From assembly GCA_002189035.1 (NCBI GenBank), contig NEEC01000007.1:2356001-2420000 (forward strand): 64,000 bases of DNA. The letters are read 5' to 3'. Source of the DNA: Utricularia gibba (Eukaryota; Plantae; Magnoliophyta). Positions 25,901 to 40,146 of this stretch are shown piece after piece. Made by a program: the position numbers and the translations under genes. The stretch's first letter is position 1, and every line of letters begins with the position of its first letter. Under the pieces are notes generated by a model, which saw nothing but the letters and a program-made list of their open reading frames with translations, was not told where the DNA came from and did not search any database.

Positions 25901-28900
25901 TCAATTATATTTAATAGGAACATCTGTAAATTCGTCATTTTTTTTCTGGTGACAAGTTCTGTATCAATTATATTTGTTCCTTTCCTTTTTTTACTATTCA
26001 TTTAAGAGCTGTCTTCAGATTTCTATCCATTCCTATTTAATATTGATTCAAAGATTTCATAACCTAGTGACGGGAAAACTGTTGGAGCTTGTCTTGATCG
26101 TAATGGGCTTCGTCCTGCTAGATATTGGCGGACAGTAGACAATGTGGTCTATGTTGCATCTGAGGTTTGCATGCATTATTTGTTGTTTTTCTGTTTCATT
26201 AAAAGCATTTTATGTTGAACACAGATGGAACTATCATTCAATGGGTAATGAAGATTGTAGTGTTTTTTTTTATAACTACATCTATTTTTTTTTCCTGAAG
26301 GTGGGGGTTCTTCCAACAGATGATTCAAAAGTTGTAATGAAAGGGCGTTTAGGTCCTGGCATGATGATAGCAGTTGATTTGCCCAGTGGACAGGTATTTG
26401 ACTTGAGAGCAGTCCTTGTCATGCTCTATCTGTAAGGATATTATGTTCCCCTTGCTTTATCACTGTGCACGATAATATCAATTTTCACCCGCCAATTATG
26501 CATTTTGATGTAATTAATGTATAGGTTTTCGAAAATACTGAAGTGAAAAGACGAGTAGCATTATCAAATCCTTATGGAAAATGGGTGAAAGAGAACCTCC
26601 GTTCTTTGAAGGCTGCAAACTTTTTATCTACCACTCTGATGGATGATGAAACTGTATTAAAGCGTCAGCAGTAAGTTGGTTTTTGTTTCATCTTAGGATA
26701 CCGTGTTAGAACCCTCTCCTTGATTGCTTGTGATTGCTCCAACTCTTTGCTTTGGTTGGAAACAGGGCATATGGATATTCTAGTGAAGATGTTCAGATGG
26801 TGATTGAGACCATGGCTGCTCAGGGAAAGGAGCCTACTTTTTGCATGGGTGATGACATTCCTCTGGCAGTATTGTCCAGAAAGCCGCATATGCTATATGA
26901 TTACTTCAAGCAACGTTTTGCACAGGTTTTTTCCACTGAAAAATTCTTGTTAGCAGTTTACATGTTCAACTGAGTAGATGCCATGAGTGTATTCATGTGC
27001 GTGAACCAGGTTACAAACCCTGCTATAGATCCTCTTAGAGAAGGATTGGTGATGTCCCTTGAAGTCAACTTGGGAAAGCGAGGAAACATACTTGAAGTTG
27101 GTCCTGGTAACGCATCTCAGGTACTTCTGCATAATTTCTTTCTTCCTTTTTTTTCCCAAAAAGACCTCGTTTGAGAACTTGTATTTCTATGCATGATTTT
27201 ATGCACAATTTATTATATTATATTATATAGAGACGGATTTGTTTTTTCTTCTTAATAGGTCATTTTATCAAACCCAGTGCTGAATGAAGGGGATCTTGAA
27301 TCTTTACTGAAAGATCCATACCTGAAGGCTGAAGTTTTATCCACATTTTTTAGTATAAGGAAGGGATTTGAAGGTACACTGGAGAAGGCACTGTACAGGC
27401 TATGTGAAGCTGCTGATGAGGCTGTTAGGAGTGGCTCTCAGCTTCTTATTCTCTCTGACAGGTCTGATGATCTGGTAAGTGCTACTAATTTCGTTTTTTT
27501 TTTTAATTTTAGTTAGGTTGGTTCCTTAAAAAGTATAACTCATAGGGGCTTCTTTTATGTTGAATTCATAATTTTGAAATCAGACACACAGTTTCTGTTG
27601 ATGATTCAAATCTACAATGTTTTTCTCATTGAAGTTGTGCCTATATAATTTGTTCCTTGGTGTACAGAGGTTTGTCATATCCACATGTCATTTCGTAAAT
27701 CCAACAGGATTTTCTACCTTGAAAAACTTTTTCTTTATTTTTGTCTCATTTGATGAGGTTTCTTGGCTTCTTTACGTGTGCATCCTGCTATTTTCTTGAT
27801 CTGATCAGGATGCTACTCGGCCTGCTATTCCAATTCTCCTGGCAGTTGGTGCTGTGCATCAACATCTAATTCAGAATGGACTTAGGATGCAAGCTTCTAT
27901 TGTTGCTGATACAGCCCAGTGCTTTAGTACACATCACTTTGCTTGTTTGATTGGATATGGTGCAAGGTCTCTACTGTAGTTTATATTCTTAATTCACTGT
28001 TGTCCGTCAGTTTGTATAGCAAGGTCTACCTTCACATGTCAAGTTCTCTCACTTTAGATATATCTTCCAGTGCTATATGCCCGTACTTGGCATTGGAGTC
28101 ATGCCGTCAGTGGAGGGTTAGCACAAAAACTGTGAATCTGATGCGGAATGGGAAGATGCCCACTGTCACTATCGAGCAGGCTCAAAAGAATTTTTCCAAG
28201 GTTTGTGAAACAATTTTTATGTAGATAAATTTTATAAAAAATTAAAGATTTACCTGTTTCACCAAGTACTTGATTTTCCCTTTTTTTTTTCTGAGTGATG
28301 ATTACTGATCGTTTACTGAACTGCTCAAGTGTTATATTCCAGGCAGTTAGGTCTGGCCTGTTGAAGATTCTCTCAAAAATGGGCATCTCATTGCTCTCCA
28401 GGTACCTTTTGTCTCTCTTGATTTTTTATATACCATTACTAATGCTACTTTTTAATGAAAATGGCTGCCTTTAGTTACTGTGGCGCGCAGATTTTTGAAG
28501 CTTATGGTCTTGGAAAAGATATAATTGATATTGCCTTTTGTGGAAGTACGTCGATTGTTGGTGGTCTAACACTAGATGAGGTATGAACCTACGCTACTGT
28601 GTAACTTAACAACGGCAAAGCATTAAACATATTATTATTTAAGGTTTTGAGCCTTCAAATGTAGACCTTGGATTGGACCAGCTTAATGAGCTGTGCTCAA
28701 TGTGGCTTTTTCTACTGTTTGTGTTGTTAATCACTGCATCATGTTCGTGGTTGACTGGGAGAGGATAGAATTGTTCCTAATTTGCCGCTAATCGGTGATG
28801 ATTTGCCTGATGAGTCTAATGTTCTTTTTTAGTCTCACATGTTTGTTTTTCCATGGTTGTGGGCTTTACCAGTTGGTAATATTGATATTTTGCAGCTGGC

Positions 28901-31900
28901 AAGGGAAACTTTATCCTTTTGGGTTAAGGCCTTCTCTGAAGATACAGCTAAAAGACTTGAGAATTTTGGGTTTATACAATTCAGACCAGGAGGTATGCTT
29001 CTGATGGCTGTTAGTTTTCTTTTATGAGAGGAATCTTCGTTGAATGCTTATAAGATAGGTAAATCAACTCTTATAACCTGAAATATTGCTCATTTTATTT
29101 CTTCTAAATGAAAGGCGAGTATCATGGAAACAACCCTGAGATGTCAAAGTTGCTACACAAAGCAGTGAGGCAAAAGAGCGAAGCTGCCTTTTCTATCTAT
29201 CAACAGCATTTGGCAAACCGTCCAGTGAATGTATGCCTCTTTGATATTCTATTGTTCTTTGTTTTCTTTTTGTAGAGAGTTCAATGAACATACGCACGTT
29301 TGCTGATTCCAGGTTCTCAGGGATCTTATAGAATTTACAAGTGATCGAGCTCCTATTCCAGTTGGAAGGGTCGAGCCTGCTTCTTCTATTGTCCAGCGAT
29401 TCTGTACAGGTGGCATGTCTCTTGGTGCCATTTCCAGGGAAACTCATGAAGCCATTGCCATAGCTATGAATCGATTAGGTGGGAAGTCTAACTCTGGAGA
29501 AGGTGGTGAGGTAATACAGTTTCTGAGTTTAGTGAGAAGATATATATAGTAGCAGATTCCGTTTTCCATTAACTTATGCTGAAAGCTGACAAACCAAGTT
29601 GAATTTTTGGCTTGTATACGTTTGCTCTGCATGGTATCTATCATATTTCTGTGTGTTTGTTGTAGTTCAGTTTATGGAAGGTTTTTCTGTAAAATGATGG
29701 ATTGCTCACTGATCTTATTGTGATGTGCGACTCGCTCATCTAGGATCCCATTCGGTGGAGACCACTTACTGATGTTGTTGATGGATACTCTCCTACTTTG
29801 CCACACCTTAAAGGTCTTCAAAACGGGGATACTGCTACAAGTGCCATAAAGCAGGTGCGTAAAGTGTGTTTCACTTGAGAGAGTTCTTTCAGTTGGATTT
29901 GGAATTACATGAATATGGATTCATGTCCCAGGTGGCTTCTGGCCGATTTGGTGTAACTCCAACTTTCCTGGTTAATGCCGATCAACTAGAAATAAAAATT
30001 GCTCAGGGAGCAAAGCCAGGTGAAGGTGGTCAACTTCCTGGGAAAAAAGTTAGTGCTTATATTGCAAGGTTGAGGAATTCAAAGCCTGGTGTTCCATTAA
30101 TATCTCCACCTCCTCATCATGATATATACTCAATTGAAGATCTCGCGCAATTGATTTATGACCTCCATCAGGTGGAATGCTCACTTTACAGTTTAGCTAT
30201 TCTGGCATAGAACTCTTACAGCTGCCACTGTTTACAAATGCCTCACTGAGCAGGTAAATCCAAAAGCCAAGGTTTCAGTCAAGCTTGTCGCAGAAGCAGG
30301 CATTGGTACAGTGGCTTCTGGAGTTGCTAAGGGCAATGCGGATATCATACAGGCATGTGGAAAAATTCTTTTTTCTAATTTAAGTGCAATGCATTAATCG
30401 CATACTCTGCCATCTGAATCTGTCTCTTATTTGCTTGATGACATTTCACTTGTTACACCTTGCTTTTTGGGATATATGCTTATGCTTATTTTGCGGGTAA
30501 GGATCTGTTTTTTAAAGCATAAGTTACCATCAGTAACACCATGTGGTCAGTTCTGATGATGCTTAAAGAAAAAATTCATTGAGCAAATTTTTGCACGTAA
30601 AGGCTTTGTTAAGTAGAATTCATGAATTAAACGATAAAAAAAAAACTTCTTCTAGATATCTGGACATGATGGTGGGACTGGAGCTAGCCCTGTAAGTTCC
30701 ATAAAGCATGCAGGTGGTCCTTGGGAACTTGGTCTAACTGAAACTCATCAGGTTTTCATCACTTCCCCCTGGCAGTCCATTTTATCTCTTGTCATATCTT
30801 CATCTAATTTACTGATCTGTGATTCTTCTATCATTTTCTCGTGACTGGTTCGGTGTTTGGCTGCAACAATAATTACATAGACGCTCATCAATAATGGACT
30901 TAGGGAAAGGGTCATCCTTAGAGTTGATGGTGGCTTTAAGAGCGGATTTGATGTTCTCATGGCTGCGGCAATGGGTGCAGATGAATATGGATTTGGTTCT
31001 GTTGCCATGATTGCAACTGGCTGTGTAATGGCTCGTATATGCCATACAAATAATTGTCCTGTCGGTGTCGCCAGCCAGGTTAAGTATCAATCACTATAAA
31101 TGTGTCCTGTTGCAGAACTTCATGCTGGTCTTCCCTTTTCTCAGTTTTGTTTATTTTACAACGAATTGTCTGCAGAGGGAGGAGCTAAGAGCTCGTTTTC
31201 CTGGTGTACCTGGAGACCTTGTCAATCTCTTTCTATATATTGCAGAAGAGGTATATGCCATTCTAGTTGTAGCTAAAAAATGCCTATCATATCTTCTATT
31301 TCTCAAATGAACATCAGCTCAAGTTCGAACTGTCTTTTCTGGACATTTCCAATCACTCTTTCTGATGCTTTGGACCTACTTTTTCAGGTAAGAGGCATGC
31401 TGGCCCAACTTGGCTATGAGAAACTTGACGACATTATTGGTCACACGGAGATACTCAAGCCTCGAGATGTTTCTTTGGTGAAGACTCAGCATCTTGATCT
31501 TAGTTACATACTATCTGTAAGTACACGCATGGCATCCTGGCCTTCAGCCCACTCTCCTTGAGTATCCTTACCTGAATATTCATCCATCCCTCATTTCAGA
31601 GTGTTGGACTACCGAAATGGACTAGCACCACGATAAGGAATCAAGAGGTTCACAGTAATGGCCCTGTTCTTGATGATACTTTGCTCTCAGATCCAGAGGT
31701 AACAAGCTGTTTATCCAGTCTTGTCACCTGCTATCTATCTTCATTATCTTGTTTCTATGCTGTGCAGATAGTCAAGGCCATCGACAATGAAACAGTTGTC
31801 AACAAATCTGTTAAGATATACAATGTGGATAGAGCAGTTTGTGGGCGTATAGCTGGTGTCGTTGCAAAAAGATATGGTGACACTGGATTTAGCGGGCAGC

Positions 31901-32970
31901 TGAATCTAACGTAAAGTGATACTATTCAGACGAAATCAACACCCTTTCTCGTATCACATTAGCTGACACACTCAATTTTGTGAATGATCTTAACCCCCAC
32001 AGATTCCATGGAAGTGCTGGACAATCATTTGCCTGTTTCTTAACACCAGGCATGAACATCCGACTCGTAGGCGAAGCTAATGACTATGTTGGAAAGGTAC
32101 CTCTTGTAGATCTTCCTTCCCTTGTCCTGTTTCAATTGTAGATCTGAAATGCATTGATCTTGTTAGGGCATGGCGGGTGGTGAGCTTGTTGTCACCCCAG
32201 TCGAAAAAACTGGATTCACACCCGAGGAAGCCACCATTGTTGGGAACACCTGTCTGTATGGAGCAACTGGGGGCCAAGTTTTTGTGAGAGGCAAAGCTGG
32301 AGAGCGGTTTGCTGTTAGGAACTCACTTGCTGAAGCGGTAGTAGAAGGAACTGGGGACCACTGCTGCGAGTACATGACCGGAGGCTGCGTAGTTGTGCTT
32401 GGAAAGTAAGCTTTCGTTCCCCTCAATCAAACACACGTTCCTACAAGAACCATTCATCATTACAGTGCTGTACACAGAGTGGGGAGAAACGTTGCTGCCG
32501 GTATGACTGGAGGATTGGCTTACATCCTTGACGAGGATGAGACCCTTTTCCCCAAGGTTGGCTTCTTTCACATTTTCCCAATGTTTAATACAGACTGTAG
32601 AGAGGAAGACTCGCCATTCAACGAAACTACACATCCACAGGTGAACAAGGAAATAGTGAAGATCCAGAGAGTTGTCGCTCCAGCAGGACAGCTGCAGCTC
32701 AAGAACCTCATCCAATCCCACGTTGTAAGAACATAACATCGACTGCAAGCACTAGAAAACTCTTCTTTGCTATCTTCTACCCTCGTGTTGACGCCCCATG
32801 AAATGCAGGAAAAGACTGGGAGCAACAAGGGATCAGAGATCCTGAAGGCTTGGGATGAGTACCTCCCTCTTTTCTGGCAGCTGGTTCCTCCGAGCGAAGA
32901 GGACACCCCGGAGGCGAGCGCCGATTACAACCCCACAGCTGCGCAGGTCCTCACCATGCGCCCTGGATGA
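22999..32970 (+). CDS. GLU1: Ferredoxin-dependent glutamate synthase (Fd-GOGAT), plastid
   Basis: About 30 exons. Transit peptide 22999-23289, then ERGACGVGF (N-terminal catalytic Cys), [96 protein letters not shown] (3Fe-4S cysteines), [22 protein letters not shown]1 versus GLU2 cannot be resolved. Confidence 0.95.
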
Positions 32971-33146
32971 TCACCTCTCTCCCTCCCTCCAAACGGCTAC
33001 AGCAATAAAGAGGAGGGGGGCATCTGGTATCATCTTCGTTCACCATCTCGGGGCTGTTGTGAGGAAATCATTATAGAATACTATATTCTTGTACGAACAT
33101 GCCTTGCTTGTTAATACATGGATTAATATTTTTTCCGTCATCTCCC

Positions 33147-33689
33147 TAGATTTGTGACCGGTTTTCTTTCGGTTTGGAATTGAACAGTTTTTTTGAATTA
33201 TTGGTTCATAAATTATAATTTAATATTGATGTTGGTTTCAGTTTCAAATTGAAATCAGATTTTTAAATCTTGAATTGAATCAAAATTGAAATTGGAATTA
33301 TATGAATTTATAGAGATTAATATTTAGTCATCCACAAGAATCATTGTGGGTATTAATAGATTAATGATATTTAGAAACAATTCTAAGAATAGATCATATT
33401 TTTCAAATACTTATATGAGTCATTGAGGGTATCTAAAAAACATATTTTTATTTTAAATATTTTTTAAAATTTTTATAAAAATTGTTAAGTATACTGAAAA
33501 AATGAAACTAGCGATTCATTGGTTTCAACCTATCAATTCCATCGATTTTGCTCATGTCGGAACCATAGTTTTTCAGTTTCAAACATCTTGAACAGTTTCC
33601 AACCGAATCAGAATTAGAACTGTATGAACAATCACATTACCCAAACAAACTCGAACCGAAAACTCCAATTCAAAATCATTACAAATCTA
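33147..33689. mobile_element. Non-autonomous hAT-like MITE (543 bp)
   Basis: Terminal inverted repeats TAGATTTGT (33147-33155) and ACAAATCTA (33681-33689). Flanked by 8-bp near-identical direct repeats CATCTCCC (33139-33146) and CATCTTCC (33690-33697). Subterminal TTCGGTT/AACCGAA-like motifs at both ends. Confidence 0.6.
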
Positions 33690-36650
33690 CATCTTCCCAA
33701 GAGCTGCCCCAAAAAGTACAACCCAACATTTCGGGCCCTTCGGACCTAATGTAATATATATATATATATTTTTTAACTTTTGTATCTTACCCAGAAGCTT
33801 ATTCTTCTAATAATTTATTCTCGTTACACTTGGCGCAGCGTGTTTATCATCTAAGCATGCTTTCTTTACATATGAATGAGCCACGTGTCCCTGATATCTT
33901 TTGCACCAATTATGGGCATGGCGTGTGCAGTTTTTGTTGGAATTCAAGCGTCAACTTAAAGAAAAGACTCGGACCCATTCATCAACATTATCGGAATCCT
34001 GTCCAATCGACCAACTCGCACTCGTGTCGCATTTCTAGGGTTGATTGAGATTCGGGGCAGACTCGCAAGGAACCAACATTCGAGGGACCAAAATGTAAAT
34101 AATGATGAGTTGGGGGAAGAAGACAGATCCAGTACGGACGATCGCCGGTAAAGTACAAGGCGTACGCCACCTACACCCATACCTCCCCCAATTTTATCAT
34201 CTTTGTTGGGTTGCTGTCAGAGGAAATGAAGGTGACCAAGGAATATAATAAAGGGAGAGCGCCATTTCTCCCTCCCTCCTTTGTGACATGTGACTCTGAG
34301 CCCCAGCTAAAGCATCGCCACACCACACATGCTTTATGTGGAGACAAGTTCAACTGCAGCCTCTCCAGAGAGAAAACGTGGAGCCATCCAGTCCATAAAC
34401 AAAGATTGACAGATAGATTCCTTTAGCATCACCGGCCACACAAAACTACTACGCACCGGGGTGGTTGATGCTGCTGTGCTTGGGAGGCCCCTAGAGGGGG
34501 TGGGGGTAATCCGAGTCCATTTATACGTGATAAAATTAAGAATTCGATGAATTGTATGAAGATATATGAAGTTCAATCAAATAATAAACATAAATCATAT
34601 TAAAAAAATTGATATAATTGATTATTAATGATTTATATATTTTTATATTTTTTAATTATTTTAATTTCATTTATAGATGTAATATTAATTGTTTTAATAA
34701 TCTAACTCAATAATACAAATAAGACTTGTTTTTTTTATGTCTGATTGTAAGTAGTATTCTAATCATAAGTTGATCCAATTTTTGACACATAAGTCTAAAC
34801 GTCTTCTTGTTTTTTTTTTTTTTTTTGTTAATCAAAACTCAAAACATCACCAAATATATTTAGATCACTCAAATTGTGGCGTGAATCAAATGCTATGATA
34901 TTATATTGAAATTAAAAATTTGATGGATACAACGCATAAAGATAAAGTATATAAAAAACATGAATTATATTATAAAAAATTATATCAAAATGATTAATAA
35001 TAGTTTATAATTTTTATATACTTCAATTATTTCACTTTTATTTTCTAGAATTACTTGTTCTAATACTGATACTATGTAAGTAACCCCATGTACCCCAATA
35101 CTATGCCCATCCACACACCACAAGATCGTGGGAGTTCATAATCATGGCTCCAGCTCGCTTTTGCGCATCCCTTGGCAAGTTCCATCATCACAGCCACAGG
35201 CCCCTCCCTTTCAGATAACTTGCAAACTGATACAATAATGGGGATGGAATGGACCTTTCTCAACTCAACACCCCATTTTAATATTCACAAGGCAGCTATC
35301 TTTTGCAGGAAGCATTGCTGTGGAGGGGGCACAAAAGAAGCAATAAAGAGGAAGGAAGAAAGAAAGAACCTCGGGACCCACTCGTGATGTTCATCCCTTC
35401 CCGCTTTGCTGAGCTGTGGATCGAATCCCTCTTTCACCTTTTCTTTTCTTTCTTTTTTTTTAACCTTTCTTTCTGGGAGGCTTCTGCAGCAACAAATATC
35501 ACGTGACCCATCGAGACGTGCAATTACGAAATAGGACATCCCCACAGTGGTCCCCACATCACCCAATCAGTATAATTGCACACAGTCTGGCCAAGTGTAA
35601 TAATTATTACAAGGGGTGATTAAAGCAGGTTATTATGTTGATGTCAGGCATAAGAGTCTATCACCAGTAAAAAAGTAAAAAAAAAAATACCTAAACCTGC
35701 GTCTCTTTTCATTTCTCTGCCTAAGCTGTCACCATCAATTAACTCTTCATAGACGCCATTAATGGTAAATTATCAAAATTTACGGCTGGATTTTGCAATA
35801 ACCGAGATTTAATTATTGCTATTTTACCCTTCCGTGATTTAGACATATTGGAAAATAGTTTAATATGTAAATATACATGAATGTAAAATATTTTATACTT
35901 ATATTTTAATATAATTATTATTATTTTTTTACCTAATATCAACTACATGGATATGAAAAATAAAATGCAGTGCAACCAAGGCAAATAGGGATACGAGAGC
36001 GACTCCAGGATGTTTGTCCCCCATCTTTCAAGTCCAAGATGTAAAAAATAGATTTTAAATATATATTTAAAAGATAATTATTAACAAACAACTTTTTTAT
36101 ATTTTGAGATTATCTGAATATAATTAATTTAAGAATATAAAATATTTTGTAAGATATTATAAATGTAATAAAATAAATTATATATTCTAAAGTTTAATAT
36201 ATTAAATTATATAATAATATAAAAAGTATTTTTAAAATAGTTAAAAATTAAATAATATAATTTTTCTAATTAAGTTTTTATTTAATCAATAACACAGAGA
36301 TTCAATAAACTTAATTTTTAAATTCAACTGAATTTCTTATTTTATTATATAATGATTAGAGATTAAAATTTTTAAAAATGAAATATAATCAATTCAATAT
36401 TATCATAATTATTATGTCCAATCAAATAATTGCAGCAATCATTTATTAATTATATATTTTATAAGATTACTTTTAGTGCATTATTATCATGATTTTACTA
36501 GCATATATATAACTAATACTTTTAAATATAAAGATTTTAATACATCTGAAATATTCTTTAACGCCAGTTCCTCGTGTATAAATAAATACGTCGCCTCCTG
36601 AGATCTTCGTTCTTGTGAGGTGAAAAGCAGCTTGCCTTGGAATTTCATCG

Positions 36651-37541
36651 ATGGCGTCGAGAAGGCGATGTTCCAACGTTGTTTTTATTCTGCTCCTCTG
36701 CGCTTCTTCTTCTATGGCGGCTCTGGTGGAGGATCAGCCGCTGGTTCTCAAATACCACGACGGCGCTCTACTCAAGGGCATCGTAAGAGTAAATCTCATC
36801 TGGTACGGCGCATTCACTCCCGTCCAACGCTCTGTCATCGTCGACTTCCTCCAGTCCCTCAACTCCACCGCGTCAGAGCAGCTCTCCGCCGCATCCTGGT
36901 GGAAGACGACGGAGAAGTACAAGAGCGCCGCCGCCGGCCCAAATCTCGTACTCAGAAGACAGTTTCTCGAAGAGGAATATCCTCTGGGGAAATCGCTCAC
37001 GGACTCCGACATCGTCCACATCGCGGCCAAGGGCGGTCCCGCCGCCGTCAACGTCGTCCTGACTGCGAAAGACGTCGCCGTTGAAGGATTCTGTATGAAC
37101 CGATGTGGTACCCACGGCTCAACCGGAGGTGCGGCGCGGTTCGCTTACGCGTGGGTCGGTGACTCGGAGACCCAGTGCCCCGGGTACTGCGCGTGGCCAT
37201 TTCATCAGCCAATGTACGGCCCGCAGACGCCGCCGCTGGTTCCCCCGAATGGGGATGTCGGTGTAGACGGAATGGTGATCAACCTGGCAGCGGTTCTCGC
37301 CGGAACAGTAACGAATCCGTACAAAAACGGCTACTTCCAGGGTCCTCCAACGGCGCCGCTCGAGGCGGTGACGGCGTGCACCGGAGTATTTGGATCCGGT
37401 GCGTACCCAGGGTACACCGGCAAGGTGCTGGTGGATACCACCAGCGGCGCCAGCTACAACGCCAACGGCGTCAACGGACGGCGGTTCCTTCTGCCGGCGA
37501 TGTGGGATCCAGAGACTCGCCAATGCGCTACCCTGGTTTGA
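36651..37541 (+). CDS. EXORDIUM/PHI-1 family secreted protein
   Basis: Intronless 296 aa. Signal-peptide-like N-terminus, [91 protein letters not shown]. Confidence 0.95.
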   Translation: MASRRRCSNVVFILLLCASSSMAALVEDQPLVLKYHDGALLKGIVRVNLIWYGAFTPVQRSVIVDFLQSLNSTASEQLSAASWWKTTEKYKSAAAGPNLVLRRQFLEEEYPLGKSLTDSDIVHIAAKGGPAAVNVVLTAKDVAVEGFCMNRCGTHGSTGGAARFAYAWVGDSETQCPGYCAWPFHQPMYGPQTPPLVPPNGDVGVDGMVINLAAVLAGTVTNPYKNGYFQGPPTAPLEAVTACTGVFGSGAYPGYTGKVLVDTTSGASYNANGVNGRRFLLPAMWDPETRQCATLV

Positions 37542-39332
37542 ACATCTTTGATCGTCCCCGAGAAATAATCTTGTGCGACAGGGCGCAGGGCAGCCACATA
37601 CGCCCTTCGTTTCCTTAATTTCTTTCCTTCTTTGTACTCACGTCCTGAAACCCTGTAAAAATGCCCCAAATCATGTTAATATGAACCATGTTCAGTTTAG
37701 CCATACCCTAAATTATCAAAATGAAATTACTTATTTTTAAAATAAATTAATTATAATTATCCACGCTTAATGCAATCATTTTTTAAATTTAATTTAATAC
37801 ATTTTTCTCGTATAATACGGTTGCCTAATGCCGTGCAGTGCATGGGCCTCGTCTGGATAACTTGAAAACAAATTGAATTCATTATTTAATGTAATTCAAA
37901 TTTATTAATTTTTAATTAAAAGTTAAAATATTTAAAAGGATTTAACCTATATGTAGTTATTTCAATGTATTTTTTCTGCACGCACTATTATTACCTTGTT
38001 TTATATAGAAATAAAAAAAAGGAACAAGACAAAATGAATTGGTCATATCCCTTGTCAGGTGAAGACAGATGGCTTAACCGTCCCCACTCTTCAATCTCCT
38101 CTAGTCGTAATATGTGTCTAAGAAGGTGTAATCGAGTGAAGTTAAAATAAAAAATATAACTAATTGAGTCACGAGTCAACCAATTATATGCTTATCTTGA
38201 TTTTGGATTCAAATATATATATTTGAAATATATAAACATTGCATGTTGCTCTAATCAATTTAATCATAACTTGTAGTCCATATTTGGTAGCCAGGTAAAA
38301 TTATACAAATATATATTATCTCATTATAAATTTATTCATAATACTAATATAAATTTAAAAAGTATTATTATATTCGAAAAATGTATGCTTATAATAAAGA
38401 AAAAATATATTGAAAAAAACTTATATTGACTATCAAACACACATTATGTATTTAAATACATGATATATCTGTGTTTATACTAACTACTAAACACACCTGT
38501 AAAGTACAACAATATAGATATAGATAACACCATATGTGCTATAATCAATACATGTTCTAATTTACCATGCACCTCACTGCATGCCCTGATACTCAGTGAA
38601 GTCAAAATGCCTGCCAATTTTGCAAGAATCCCATTGCAAAATGCTGAGAAGGAAGAATATGCATAGCGGCTGTTGTTAAGCAAGTTTGTGCGATTCAAGA
38701 TTCATTCACAATTGGGGCCTAACAGGAACAGGAAAGAGCTACTCTAACCATGAAGTTGCAGATTCATTCAGTAACAATGTCTGCTCCAGTGCTTCAGCTA
38801 CAGAAGCACATGCGCAGTCTACAGTTTAGCTATTTCCATCAAATAACATCATGAGCTATCTCAATGCATGATACAGCATTTCTCCAACTGGCAATGCGCA
38901 CAAATACAACTCAAAGGCTGATCGGCGACCCACTTCTTGCTTATGCTCGCCTCAGGAGCAGCGGAGAAGGAGCATAAACAGCATGAGTGAACAAAAAAAG
39001 CTATATGTAACAAGTTCTGCTGAACGTTGTCCCTCCTGCACGGTACTTCATTTTCTTGGGATTATGACTCGCGTGAATCAGCAACACCGTCCATCAAAAG
39101 GCAAGATATTTTATGTACATTTCAAAGCGATGCTCAAATATATGAAACCCGACACGCGTCGATGGGAATTCTTACTGGAAATTGCTACAATGATCTCTGC
39201 CCGAAATCTCCAAATACGTTTTTTTTTAAGTCTACCGGAATTTTCATCGAAATAAGGGCCTAGAGATTTCAATTCGCGGTATAAAATACACGTTTGAATG
39301 CACTACATTCCGCACTAAACCTTCGTAGATAC

Positions 39333-39620
39333 TAGATAGCGAACCGACGGTGGAAAGGAGAACAACATACAACCTTCAACATGACACATCTCTTCTTCCA
39401 CTCTGTTTTGCTTCTCCCTTACAGTGGCGGCTTCATTTTCGATCTCATTCGGCCTTTTTGTCATGTGGGCCTATTCGTAGATAACGAACAGATGGTGGAA
39501 AAGAGAACAAGCTACAACCTTCAACATGACCCATTTCTTCTTCCACTCTGCTTTGCATCTCTCGTATAGTGGCGGCTTTATTTTCGATCTCATTCAGCCT
39601 TTTGGTCGTGTGGGCCTATT
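39333..39620. repeat. Tandem duplication, two diverged copies of a 145-bp unit
   Basis: Copies start at 39333 (tagatagcgaaccgacggtggaaagg) and 39478 (tagataacgaacagatggtggaaaag). Both contain tacaaccttcaacatgac...cttcttccactctg...agtggcggct...ttttcgatctcattc...gtgggcctatt. Confidence 0.9.
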
Positions 39621-40146
39621 GACATCCACACCTAGGGTTTCAATTGCGATGCCACAATCAAATTGCGGATAACATCGACGTCGCAGTCGCCGACAGCCAG
39701 GTCTTAAATTACCATTTCGTCCCTGCAATTCACCTTTGTATTTCGTAAGGTGTCCATGGCACAAAGGTTAAAAACGGATTTGATTTTAACAATCTAATTT
39801 TTTAATTAATTTTTTATTTTCAAATAAATAAAACTCAATGGCTATTTAAATTTATGTTGAAATGTTTATTTTTACAAAAATAAAACTAAAATAATCACAG
39901 CATACGCAGTGGGTAAATTACTAAATTACCATCACCAAATAGCGCCTCCTGACCGGCAATTGTCGCCGAAATCACTGCTCCCGGCGATGGGATTCCGATC
40001 TGATTCGCCTGAGGAAGAATTCGAACTTCCAGCAAAAGCCTCGGGATCCATTGCCACTACTGCACCTTCTTCATTTATTTTCACGTTCTGGGTAGTAGAA
40101 TCCTCACCATTCCCACCGGCGATTTCATCATCGCCGCCTTCAATCT

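Noticed and set aside
36620-37618. Overlapping ORFs of 105-154 aa in other frames of the EXORDIUM-like gene
   Set aside because: Shadow frames expected in GC-rich coding DNA; no motifs.
38480-39000. P-loop-like GLTGTGKS in a plus frame near 38713-38740 and nearby short ORFs
   Set aside because: The frame closes within about 30 codons, with no Walker B or other family context; probably chance or an unidentifiable relic.
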